From contig CAZMGY010000021.1 in NCBI GenBank assembly GCA_964565945.1, positions 150,001 to 182,000 on the forward strand: 32,000 nucleotides of DNA, in the 5' to 3' direction. Under the pieces are notes generated by a model that did not search any database, had not been told where the DNA came from, and saw only the letters and a list, made by a program, of their open reading frames with translations. Positions within the stretch are counted from its first letter, which is position 1. Every line of letters begins with the position of its first letter. Positions 1-8,078 of this stretch are shown in pieces. The position numbers and the translations under genes are program-made. This DNA is from an uncultured bacterium. GTDB lineage: Bacteria > GCA-001730085.

Positions 1-329
1 AGCTCCATCAATTGTGCGACCACATTTTCGAGATATTCATCGGTCACACCTGCTCCAGAATTATCAATCGCTAATTTAATTGTTGCTCCTGATTTATTAA
101 AAATCACACCTCCTCGTTTACCAATTAAAACCAACTCATACGAGTAAGTATCGTTAAGTAGTTTTTGAATTTTACAAATAACCGCGCTGTTGTAGTTTCC
201 ACATAAACCACGGTCTCCAGTTACAATCACTAAAAGCTCTTTGTCGTGTGTCTTCGCTAGTTTACGAAAAAAAGGATCTTTCGTTTCGTAATTACGTTCA
301 GCGACATCTTTGACAACATCATTCATCAT
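1..329 (-). CDS. atpG: F1 ATP synthase gamma subunit fragment. It runs off the window edge and lacks the N-terminal ~45-50 residues, so it may be non-functional.
   Basis: Absent from the ORF track because it has no stop codon inside the window. The reverse frame from ATG 329..327 reads [74 protein letters not shown]... The [12 protein letters not shown] block is the hallmark gamma-subunit motif. There are 109 codons without a stop. The N-terminal coiled-coil helix (…TKAMxMVAAAKLRRAQ…) is missing. Confidence 0.6.
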   Translation of the reverse strand, partial: MMNDVVKDVAERNYETKDPFFRKLAKTHDKELLVIVTGDRGLCGNYNSAVICKIQKLLNDTYSYELVLIGKRGGVIFNKSGATIKLAIDNSGAGVTDEYLENVVAQLME

Positions 330-336
330 AAAAGCA

Positions 337-655
337 ATAGTCCGAAAATATCCAAAACTTAGGTTTCGATGATAGGAAGAGCAGTGAAAGAACCTCCACC
401 TTTCTCTTAATTTAACTTCGCCGCAGGTTTCAATAAACGCGAGTAGGCATAAAAAACGGTCTCCCGGATAAATTTCACGCCCTGGAGGACGCCACAAAAG
501 CAACGCTAACTGACGATATGCCACGGCATGCTTGGACCAAAATCATCATAAATAACCAAGGCCTGCTCACCTTTGTCGCGAAAATACTCGCCCATGGCCA
601 GGCACCCCTGTAAGCCAAAATGTCCTGCATCGCAACCAGAAAATAGCGAGCTGGC
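337..655 (-). pseudogene. atpA: F1 ATP synthase alpha subunit internal fragment, about residues 245-350, decayed
   Basis: The reverse strand starting right after the kinase stop reads ...[19 protein letters not shown], then a frameshift, then [26 protein letters not shown]. After a +1 shift it reads [31 protein letters not shown], followed by a short DIS.Y match. This matches the conserved alpha core [57 protein letters not shown]...[23 protein letters not shown]. At least 3 frameshifts and 2 in-frame stops (407-409 and 359-361) are present. Confidence 0.85.
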
Positions 656-2860
656 TTAAAGATCACGAACCACACGAAAACCATTGTAATAATAGCGAAC
701 ATTTTGAGAGTTGTAATAGCGGTTCGAGGTTCGTAAAAGGCTAGGATAATCACCCCAATCACCACCGCGTAAAACACGACGATCCCAAGTGCCTCCCGCA
801 ACAGGATTCACAGTAACTCCCCAATCATAATAATCATCGTGATAAACATCCTGACACCATTCCCAAACATTACCAGCCATATCATACAAACCATAAGCAT
901 TGGGGGCATAAGACCCTACCTTTTTCAAAGTAAACGCGCCTATCCATTCTTTGCCGTAGTTAGCTAACTTAAACTGGGGTGCTTGATTCCCCCAAGGATA
1001 CTTATAATTATTCCCTCCTTTAGCGGCTTTTTCCCACTCGGCTTCTGTTGGTAAACGATAGGTGTCATAGGGTACATTTTCATACTCACACAACCAATGA
1101 CAAAAAGCAATCGCATCTTCCCACGACACATTCACAACGGGAACATCTAAAATCTCTTCGGGTACATGATCTTTGGTCCAAAGCGTATACTCACTATCAA
1201 CTCCAAAAACATTAACTGGTTCTCGATATCCAGATTCCCTCACAAAAACCTGATATTGGCGGTTGATAACCTCGTATTGCCCCATATAAAAAGAATCCAC
1301 TTGCACCTCTCGCACAGGAAGCTCGTCATCATCCCCTTCCTTAAAAGTATCTCCCATCTCAAAGCTTCCACTGGGAATAAAGTTAAATGACATGCCAAGG
1401 TTTTTCGACACAACCTGAAGTGGTTTTTGAAAACGAGAATCCAATTCCTGATTGTTCGCCTGAACATCCAACATAAGACTCGGGTCCATCCTTTCAGGAA
1501 CTTCATTAAGAGATTGGTACCATGCATAAACGCCATAACTCGCACCGCCAAAAACAGCTATCATTAAAACAAGTGACACCAAAAGGGTTAAACTTGCCTT
1601 AACTTTATCAGTGGTCGTCATATTTTCTTTCGAAAAGGAAAGAACCTTACTCTCCAATCTTTGATTACGAACCATTAAGCGTTCATTTTCTAAATCATAA
1701 AGCAATGCTGCAACCGATTGATAACGATCTTTAACCTCAGACTCTAAGGCCTTGCATAAAATTTGAGCCAATCTCTGAGATATAAACCTTTCTTTAGATA
1801 TAGGTATTTTAAAATGCCCCATAGGAACTTTATAAAAGAGCATTTCATAAAAAATAACACCCACAGAAAAAATATCGGCCCGCTCATCAACTTCCGCCGC
1901 ATCCATAGTTTGTTCTGGAGCCATATAATAGGCCGTCCCCATAGAAGACGTCGTTTTCGTGACACTTTGAACGCAACGGCTTTTGGCAATACCAAAATCC
2001 ATAATCTTAACAGCACCTGTTTTAGAAAGCATAATATTATCGGGCTTAATGTCGCGGTGAATGGTGTTTTTATGGGCTTCCTGAAGCCCCTGACAAACTT
2101 GAATAACAATGTCAAACACCTCATCGATATCAGCCCTTTGAACTCGATCATGAATCCAACGGCGTAAGGTTATACCATCGATGTATTCCATTAAAATATA
2201 AGGATTATTTTCGAACTCACCAAAACTAATCGCCCGGGTCAAATTAATATGCATCACTTCGCTAATAATTTTGGCTTCATTTTCAAATCGCTGTTTCAAC
2301 TCACTTTTTTGCATCAACGATGGATGAAGAACTTTAAGAGCACGAATTTCTCCCAAATTGATATCATAAACTTTATAAACCTCGCCCATTCCTCCACTAC
2401 CGAGCATCTTTTCAATACGGTAGCGATCTGCAAAAATAAACCCTTCTTTAAAGCGCCCCTGTCTATTGGCAATAGATTGAGAAGAGGGCTTTGTTCTAGG
2501 TTGACTGTATTGGGTTGCTGGCAACGAATCATCCCTAGATTTTAGTTTTAACTTGGGATTCTTGCGAGCAAAAGAAACATGTGTGATTTCAGACGCGTGT
2601 GCTTGTGTCCCAGACGGGGCTGTATCTTCAAGTTTATTATTTTTAGGGGAATTCGCAACCAGTTCTCCACAATTAACGCAAAACTGATTCTTTTCGTTAT
2701 TGTATGCCCCACACTTACCACAATACACTGCAAAACACCCTACCCTTACACACTTTAAGGTATCTACACTTTTGAAAACAATCAAAGCCACTATGCTAAA
2801 AATAATCCGAACATAGTATACCATGAGAGACACACTTCGGTTCAATAAGATTTTCCTCAT
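656..2860 (-). CDS. Ser/Thr protein kinase with an N-terminal zinc ribbon, one transmembrane segment and a C-terminal FGE-sulfatase (SUMF1-like) domain
   Basis: 734-aa ORF. Zinc ribbon: YCGKCGAYNNEKNQFCVNCG. Hanks kinase motifs: LGSGGMGEVYK, ALK, HRDIKPDNIML, DFGIAK, YMAPE. Transmembrane segment: LTLLVSLVLMIAVFGGASYGVYAW. FGE-type C-terminus: FIPSGSFEMGD...WEWCQD...RGGDWG...GFRVVRDL. The true start is probably GTG at 2728 (MYCGKCG..., with GGGTG 7 nt upstream). The ATG at 2860 has no SD and would add a topologically awkward hydrophobic leader. Confidence 0.9.
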   Translation of the reverse strand: MRKILLNRSVSLMVYYVRIIFSIVALIVFKSVDTLKCVRVGCFAVYCGKCGAYNNEKNQFCVNCGELVANSPKNNKLEDTAPSGTQAHASEITHVSFARKNPKLKLKSRDDSLPATQYSQPRTKPSSQSIANRQGRFKEGFIFADRYRIEKMLGSGGMGEVYKVYDINLGEIRALKVLHPSLMQKSELKQRFENEAKIISEVMHINLTRAISFGEFENNPYILMEYIDGITLRRWIHDRVQRADIDEVFDIVIQVCQGLQEAHKNTIHRDIKPDNIMLSKTGAVKIMDFGIAKSRCVQSVTKTTSSMGTAYYMAPEQTMDAAEVDERADIFSVGVIFYEMLFYKVPMGHFKIPISKERFISQRLAQILCKALESEVKDRYQSVAALLYDLENERLMVRNQRLESKVLSFSKENMTTTDKVKASLTLLVSLVLMIAVFGGASYGVYAWYQSLNEVPERMDPSLMLDVQANNQELDSRFQKPLQVVSKNLGMSFNFIPSGSFEMGDTFKEGDDDELPVREVQVDSFYMGQYEVINRQYQVFVRESGYREPVNVFGVDSEYTLWTKDHVPEEILDVPVVNVSWEDAIAFCHWLCEYENVPYDTYRLPTEAEWEKAAKGGNNYKYPWGNQAPQFKLANYGKEWIGAFTLKKVGSYAPNAYGLYDMAGNVWEWCQDVYHDDYYDWGVTVNPVAGGTWDRRVLRGGDWGDYPSLLRTSNRYYNSQNVRYYYNGFRVVRDL

Positions 2861-2912
2861 CAGAAACGTTCAGAGGAGAAAGCGAATTCAAACATCTTAT
2901 TTGAGGCCAAGT

Positions 2913-4022
2913 TTAGTTCGTAAACTTTCCCAAAAACGTTTTGTCGCAAGAAGCGCCTGTATCATTTTTAGGAGTAATAGTAGTACCTAAACTATCAATA
3001 TTAGTTGCGTACTGAGCAGCAATTTCTTCGGTGATCAATTGCTTACTTAAAAGATTGGTTAAATATTGGTCCATTGTTATCATTCCATCACGTGTTCCAG
3101 TTTGAATGGCCGATAGAATCTGGTGTGTTTTCCCATCTCGAATCAAACTTGATATCGCAGGTGTTCCCACCATCATTTCCAAAGCACAAACACGCCCGTT
3201 TCCTTTGGAATGAGGCAATAACTGTTGTGATATCACACCACGCATACTGTTGGCAAACTGCATACGAACTTGCTTTTGTTGATGCGAAGGAAAAACATCA
3301 ACAATACGATCGACCGTCGATGCACAGCTATTGGTATGAACGGTTGCTAAAACTAAATGGCCTGTCTCGGCAGCCGTAATCACCATTTGGATGGTTTCCA
3401 AATCACGTATTTCTCCCACCAAAATCACGTCAGGATCCTCTCTTAGGGCATTTTTTAAGGCAGAAGCAAAGGAATATGTATGCGCACCAACTTCTCTTTG
3501 ATTCACAATGGAATTGATATGGGGGTGCATAAATTCAATCGGATCTTCAATCGTTATAATATGCGCATTGCGTGATTCATTAATGTGTTTAACAATCGCA
3601 GCCAAGGTTGTCGACTTACCACTTCCAGTATGGCCTGTCACTAAAATTAACCCACTTTTTTCATTGGCTAGGCGAAAAACTGTTTCGGGAAAATCTAATT
3701 CTTCTAGGGTTTTGATTTCATTAGGAATCAAACGAAACACGGCACAGTCACCTTCTTTTTGCAAAAAAACATTACCACGAAAACGCCCTATTTGAGCCAC
3801 CGTTATTGAAAAGTCTAACTCATGCATTTCTTCATATTTAGCTTTTTGCTCATCAGTCAAAATACTATAGATAAGATCATGCGTCCCTTTGTGATCAAGA
3901 ACTGGCAATTCGGTTTTCCGAATAAGCCCATCCACACGTAACATAGGTGGTAAGCCAATCGAGATATGTAAGTCCGAGGCACCTTCTTGAGTCGTTAACG
4001 TAAGTAATTGAGACATATCCAT
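2913..4022 (-). CDS. pilT: Type IV pilus retraction ATPase, PilT family
   Basis: Reads MDMSQLLTLTTQEGASDLHISIGLPPMLRVDG..., with Walker A GHTGSGKSTT, plus DPIEF, ILVGEIRD and ATVHT. I prefer the ATG at 4022, which has AGGGGA 8 nt upstream, over the TTG at 4040 used by the ORF track. Confidence 0.85.
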   Translation of the reverse strand: MDMSQLLTLTTQEGASDLHISIGLPPMLRVDGLIRKTELPVLDHKGTHDLIYSILTDEQKAKYEEMHELDFSITVAQIGRFRGNVFLQKEGDCAVFRLIPNEIKTLEELDFPETVFRLANEKSGLILVTGHTGSGKSTTLAAIVKHINESRNAHIITIEDPIEFMHPHINSIVNQREVGAHTYSFASALKNALREDPDVILVGEIRDLETIQMVITAAETGHLVLATVHTNSCASTVDRIVDVFPSHQQKQVRMQFANSMRGVISQQLLPHSKGNGRVCALEMMVGTPAISSLIRDGKTHQILSAIQTGTRDGMITMDQYLTNLLSKQLITEEIAAQYATNIDSLGTTITPKNDTGASCDKTFLGKFTN

Positions 4023-4050
4023 AATATTTTCCCCTATCAAACATTCCTAA

Positions 4051-4080
4051 AAGTTAACTTTTTTTAAGGGGGTTTGTCAA
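4051..4080 (-). promoter_or_regulatory. Candidate sigma70-type promoter for pilT
   Basis: On the reverse strand, TTGACA (4080..4075), an 18-nt spacer, then TAACTT (4056..4051), about 30 nt upstream of the pilT ATG. The -10 element is weak. Confidence 0.3.
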
Positions 4081-4107
4081 ATTTATAAGCAAATATCCTT
4101 GCCCCAT

Positions 4108-4146
4108 AAAAAAAACCCTTATCCTTTAGAAAAATAAGGGTTTTTT
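4108..4146. terminator. Bidirectional rho-independent terminator downstream of the lysine-rich gene
   Basis: Perfect 11-nt inverted repeat: aaaaaccctta (4111-4121), a 13-nt loop, then taagggttttt (4135-4145). An A-run lies on the left and a T-run on the right, so either strand yields a stem followed by a U-tract. A second small hairpin, agctattc/gaatagct (4152-4170), abuts the stop codon. Confidence 0.7.
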
Positions 4147-4169
4147 ATAGGAGCTATTCAAAGAATAGC

Positions 4170-4646
4170 TTATTTCTTTTTTTTAGTAACTGTTTTCTTA
4201 GCTACCTTTTTTGGGGTAGCTGTTTTCTTAGCCACCTTTTTTGGGGTAGCTGTTTTCTTAGCCACCTTTTTTGGGGTAGCTGTTTTCTTAGCCACCTTTT
4301 TGGGGGTAGCTGTTTTCTTCGCTACCTTTTTGGGGGTAGCTGTTTTCTTCACTACCTTTTTGGGGGTAGCTGTTTTCTTCGCTACCTTTTTTGGGGTAGC
4401 TGTTTTCTTCACTACCTTTTTTGGGGTAGCTGTTTTCTTCACTACCTTTTTTGGGGTAGCTGTTTTCTTCGCTACCTTTTTGGGGGTAGCTGTTTTCTTA
4501 GCTACCTTTTTCTTGGCTACCTTTTTGGGGGTAACTGTTTTCTTAGCTACTTTTTTTGTGGCAGTTTTTTTCTTGGCTACCTTTTTAGGGGTAACTATTT
4601 TCTTAGCTACCTTTTTCTTGATAACTTTCTTTTTTTTCACTGCCAT
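4170..4646 (-). CDS. Lysine-rich tandem-repeat DNA-binding protein, histone H1 / Hc2 (HctB)-like
   Basis: 158-aa ORF made almost entirely of K, A, T, V and P, with about 11 copies of KKTATPKKV(A/V). A good SD (AGAGGTG) precedes the ATG. A promoter-like element lies upstream and a terminator downstream. Confidence 0.8.
   Translation of the reverse strand: MAVKKKKVIKKKVAKKIVTPKKVAKKKTATKKVAKKTVTPKKVAKKKVAKKTATPKKVAKKTATPKKVVKKTATPKKVVKKTATPKKVAKKTATPKKVVKKTATPKKVAKKTATPKKVAKKTATPKKVAKKTATPKKVAKKTATPKKVAKKTVTKKKK
4187..4486. repeat. Ten near-identical 30-bp tandem repeats inside the lysine-rich gene, each coding one decapeptide
   Basis: The unit tagctgttttctt(a/c)(g/a)c(c/t)accttttt(t/g)gggg repeats head-to-tail from 4187 to 4486. 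Degenerate copies continue to about 4620. Variation is limited to 3-4 positions per unit. Confidence 0.95.
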
Positions 4647-4691
4647 GTTTCACCTCTTTCTTTCGTTGTTAACCAGTTAACGAACTTCCCA

Positions 4692-4717
4692 TAAAGTAAT
4701 ATTTATACAATTAAAAA
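4692..4717 (-). promoter_or_regulatory. Candidate promoter of the lysine-rich gene
   Basis: On the reverse strand, a perfect TTGACA (4717..4712) is followed by an AT-rich spacer and TGTATAAAT (the -10 lies around 4699..4691). Spacing is ambiguous at 14-17 nt depending on which hexamer is used. Confidence 0.35.
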
Positions 4718-4760
4718 AAATTGTCAAGAAGAATGGTGATTAAAAATATTTAAAAAAAAG

Positions 4761-5438
4761 TTATAGTGAACTAATCTGACTTTTGGAAAGATAAAAACGT
4801 TTTTTTTGTTTTTGAGCAAACTTAGAATTGTGTGTTACAAGAACCATCGCAACATCAAATTCAGAATTAATTTCTTCAACGAGATTTTCAATTTCTAAAC
4901 TTGTCTTGTCATCTAAATTCCCCGTTGGTTCATCAAGAAAAACACATAGAGGCTTGTTAGATAAGGCTCTAGCCAAAGCAATACGCTGTTGCTCTCCACC
5001 CGAAAGTTCATGAGGAAAGTGTTGAACTCGCTCCGACAACCCAACACGATCCAACCACTTTAAAGCATTTTCATGTGCCTTTTTTTTATTCACTTTCAAA
5101 ATCAATTGAGGCAACATAACATTTTCTAAAACAGTTAACGAACTTAGCAAATGAAAAAATTGAAAAACGAAACCAACACACTTATTTCTCCAATGAGATT
5201 TTTTTGCCGAAGACATTTTTCGCATTGATACTCCTTGATAAAAAATATCTCCTGTGAATTTTTGATCAAGTAATCCTATAATATGCAACAAGGTACTTTT
5301 GCCTGATCCCGAAGCGCCTTCGATCGCAATAAAGTCACCTTCACAAATATCGAACGAAACATTTTCGAGAACATTAATCTTCTGCTGCGGCAAAGTAAAT
5401 TCACGACAGACATTTTTTAATTCAATCAATTTATTCAT
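4761..5438 (-). CDS. lolD: Lipoprotein-releasing system ATP-binding protein (ABC ATPase)
   Basis: Walker A GASGSGKST, signature LSGGEQQRIALARAL, Walker B FLDEPTGNLD. Overlaps the upstream permease gene by 8 nt. Confidence 0.8.
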   Translation of the reverse strand: MNKLIELKNVCREFTLPQQKINVLENVSFDICEGDFIAIEGASGSGKSTLLHIIGLLDQKFTGDIFYQGVSMRKMSSAKKSHWRNKCVGFVFQFFHLLSSLTVLENVMLPQLILKVNKKKAHENALKWLDRVGLSERVQHFPHELSGGEQQRIALARALSNKPLCVFLDEPTGNLDDKTSLEIENLVEEINSEFDVAMVLVTHNSKFAQKQKKRFYLSKSQISSL

Positions 5439-6648
5439 AACGCAACGCCTCCACTGGATCTAAGCGCGCCGCAAAAAAGGCGGGATACAGTGTCGATAAA
5501 AACGATAAGCTAATCGAAGCCCCCACAACCAAAGCAACATCAGTCATATCCGTCATCACAGGTAGTCGCGTAACATAATAAATATCACTGGGTAGACGTA
5601 TTAAATCAAAATATTTAAGAGCCCAACACAAACCTAAACCACTCACAACTCCTAACATGGTTCCCATAATACCTATCATAAACCCCTGTAACGAAAACAG
5701 CAGCAAAATAGAGCTTCTCTTGGCACCAAGGGCTTTCAAGATACCTATTTCTTTAGTTTTTTCCATGATCACCATAATTAAGGTGCTTGCAATATTAAAC
5801 GCAGAAACCAGGATAATTAGTAATAAAATAATGAACATAACGGTTTTTTCGAGTTTAAGCGCTGCAAATAAACTTTGATTGCGATCGTACCAAGCCGAAA
5901 CACGCACAAAAGGCCCTACTTGATCTTGTAATTCTTTTTTGGATTTTTCGAGACTTTCTGAGTGATCTAAGAGCACATTAATGTGGCTAACTTGATCATC
6001 TGGAATTTCAAACAAACGACGAAAATGATTAAGTGAAACATAAATAAAGGTCGAATCAAAATCATACATTTCACTTTGAAAAATGTTAGCCACTTGATAG
6101 GTTTCAACCAAAGGTCTTTTCATTTTTTTCTTCATTAAGTTCACAGGAGAAATAATATCTATAGAATCGCCCACACGAACCCCAAGTGTTTTGGCAAGTT
6201 CAATACCCAGAATCACCTGCGGCTCTTGTTTAAAGGCATCCAAACTCATAATGTCTGTCAATGTTGACCCAATTTGGGATGTTTTCATTTCAAGATCCCA
6301 ATCCACGCCACGAATCACAACTCCTTGTGCTTTATAGGGACTGCGAACCATAGCTTGACCGGTCAATTGAGGAGCTATCGCTTGAACATGAGGATAATTT
6401 GATATCTTAGACGACATTTCGGCAGTGTTTTTGATACCGCCACGTTGTTCAACAGTCAGGTGACCATCCATACCGATAAACTTTTGAACTAACTCGTGAT
6501 CAAAGCCCTTCATCACCGACATAACTACAATTAGAGCACAAACTCCAATGGCAACTCCTAAAATCGACATCAAGCATATAAATGAAATAAACTTTTGACG
6601 TTTACGGGTTTTGAGGTACTTTAACGACAAAAAAATTTCATAAGCCAT
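5431..6648 (-). CDS. lolC: Lipoprotein-releasing system permease, LolC/LolE family (FtsX-like)
   Basis: 405 aa. N-terminus MAYEIFLSLKYLKTRKRQKF, a transmembrane segment plus a large periplasmic loop, and a C-terminal FtsX-type 3-TM bundle with KEIGILKALGA. Paired with lolD. Confidence 0.75.
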   Translation of the reverse strand: MAYEIFLSLKYLKTRKRQKFISFICLMSILGVAIGVCALIVVMSVMKGFDHELVQKFIGMDGHLTVEQRGGIKNTAEMSSKISNYPHVQAIAPQLTGQAMVRSPYKAQGVVIRGVDWDLEMKTSQIGSTLTDIMSLDAFKQEPQVILGIELAKTLGVRVGDSIDIISPVNLMKKKMKRPLVETYQVANIFQSEMYDFDSTFIYVSLNHFRRLFEIPDDQVSHINVLLDHSESLEKSKKELQDQVGPFVRVSAWYDRNQSLFAALKLEKTVMFIILLLIILVSAFNIASTLIMVIMEKTKEIGILKALGAKRSSILLLFSLQGFMIGIMGTMLGVVSGLGLCWALKYFDLIRLPSDIYYVTRLPVMTDMTDVALVVGASISLSFLSTLYPAFFAARLDPVEALRYE

Positions 6649-8078
6649 CAGCTCGTCTCTTTTCGCATCTGAGGGAAAAGAATCACTTCGCGAATGTTTA
6701 TCACACCCGTAATGAGCATCACAAGACGATCAATTCCTATCCCTAATCCACCAGCTGGAGGCATACCATGCTCCAATGCACGAACAAAGTCATGATCCAC
6801 ACTATAAAATTCGTCTTCATCACGACCTTTAGCTTGCCCTGCAAAGCGTTCCGCCTGTTCGACTGGATCATTCAGTTCCGAGTATGCGTTGGCAATTTCT
6901 TGACCTCCAATAAAAAGTTCGAAACGTTCGGAAATATCAGGATTATCTTTATGTGTTTTGCACAAGGGACATAAAATGGTCGGAAAGTCGATAATAAATG
7001 TTGGGTCAATCAGTTGATGCTCCACCTCTTTTTCAAACATATGAGCCATCAACATATCTTTCTCAACTTGTTCGGGGTTATCCATGTGATATTCTTGAGC
7101 CATCTCAAATACATTAATAGCATCCATATCAATCCCAGCATACTCTCGAATGGCCTCTTGCATCGAAATATGTTTCCATGGAGAAGCAAAGTTAATCGTA
7201 TGATTACCCCACTGCACGTTCGAACTTTCAAGCAAATCCGATACCAAGTGCATAATAATACCTTCCACCATATCCATCATGTCTTCATAGTTATCGTAGG
7301 CCGAATACAATTCAAGCATGGTGAACTCAGGATTATGACGAGGTGAGATTCCCTCATTACGAAAGTTGCGATTGATTTCGTAAATTTTCTCTAAACCGCC
7401 CACCAATAATCTTTTCAGATAGAGCTCCGGAGCTATGCGCAAATACAAATCCATATCCAAAGTGTTGTGATGAGTAATAAATGGCCGCGCCGCAGCTCCC
7501 CCTGCAACAGATTGCATCATCGGAGTCTCAACTTCCATAAAACCACGCTCATCCAAATAAGAACGAATCTTACGGATAATCAGACTTCTTTTCTGAAAGC
7601 GCTCACGCACTTCATCATTCATCACCAAATCTAAATAACGTTGACGCACACGTATTTCTTGATCTTTAAGACCATGAAACTTTTCTGGTAGAGGCAAAAG
7701 AGTTTTGGATAAATATTCAAATTCATCCACAAAGACTGTCGGCTCTCCCATTTTTGTCAAAAAAAGTTTACCTTTAACGCCGATAATATCCCCCACATCT
7801 AGTTTTTTTATCCAAGTCATCAGCTCTTCTCCAACAGCATCTTGACGAATATAAAGCTGCATTTTACCCGTCTCATCTTTGAGATCGACAAACATCGTTT
7901 TACCGTGACCTCTCACCAACATAATTCGCCCAGCCATCGCCACAACACGAGTCTCTTCGAAGTTATCCCTAAGGGCTTTAATCGAATCTGTTTTCTCAAA
8001 CTTACGACCATAAGGGTCTAAACCTGCATCCATAAGTTCTTGACGTTTATCCACACGGACTTGTTTTAATTCATCCAC
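6648..8078 (-). CDS. lysS: Lysyl-tRNA synthetase, class II
   Basis: 476 aa. OB-fold N-terminus (RVVAMAGRIMLVRGHGKTMFVDLKD), class II motifs (FMEVETPMM; YEINRNFRNEGIS.RHNPEFTMLE; GLGIGIDRLVML). Confidence 0.95.
   Translation of the reverse strand: MDELKQVRVDKRQELMDAGLDPYGRKFEKTDSIKALRDNFEETRVVAMAGRIMLVRGHGKTMFVDLKDETGKMQLYIRQDAVGEELMTWIKKLDVGDIIGVKGKLFLTKMGEPTVFVDEFEYLSKTLLPLPEKFHGLKDQEIRVRQRYLDLVMNDEVRERFQKRSLIIRKIRSYLDERGFMEVETPMMQSVAGGAAARPFITHHNTLDMDLYLRIAPELYLKRLLVGGLEKIYEINRNFRNEGISPRHNPEFTMLELYSAYDNYEDMMDMVEGIIMHLVSDLLESSNVQWGNHTINFASPWKHISMQEAIREYAGIDMDAINVFEMAQEYHMDNPEQVEKDMLMAHMFEKEVEHQLIDPTFIIDFPTILCPLCKTHKDNPDISERFELFIGGQEIANAYSELNDPVEQAERFAGQAKGRDEDEFYSVDHDFVRALEHGMPPAGGLGIGIDRLVMLITGVINIREVILFPQMRKETS

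Noticed and set aside
360-440. Apparent gamma-subunit N-terminal similarity (EVKLRERW... resembling AAKLRRAQ) that would have made atpG full length
   Set aside because: The same nucleotides encode, in another frame, the far stronger alpha-subunit match [20 protein letters not shown]. The KLR resemblance is a coincidence, and there is no start codon or N-terminal IKxRIxSVxxTxKIT motif upstream.
475-801. 108-aa minus-strand ORF in the track (MREALGIVVFYAVV...)
   Set aside because: It is an out-of-frame reading. Its 5' part overlaps the kinase C-terminus (FGE domain) in another frame. Its 3' part is the decayed atpA relic read in a shifted frame (…LAYRGAWPWASIF is AMGEYF out of frame). It has no independent support.
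1166-2733. Multiple 60-135 aa ORFs on both strands inside the kinase gene, and similar nested ORFs inside pilT, lysS, mnmE, gyrB, gyrA, mnmG and parB
   Set aside because: All of them overlap long ORFs that have unambiguous conserved motifs. None has its own SD or similarity, as expected for shadow frames in AT-leaning sequence.
4187-4486. Regular 30-bp direct repeats that could be mistaken for a CRISPR array
   Set aside because: The repeats are contiguous with no spacers. They lie entirely inside a 158-aa ORF with an SD, promoter and terminator, and they encode a lysine-rich decapeptide. This is a coding tandem repeat.
4300-4680. 126-aa plus-strand ORF (MGVAVFFATFLGVAVFF...)
   Set aside because: It is the antisense reading of the lysine-rich repeat gene. 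The repetitive, stop-free antisense frame is an artefact of the AAG/AAA-rich coding strand.
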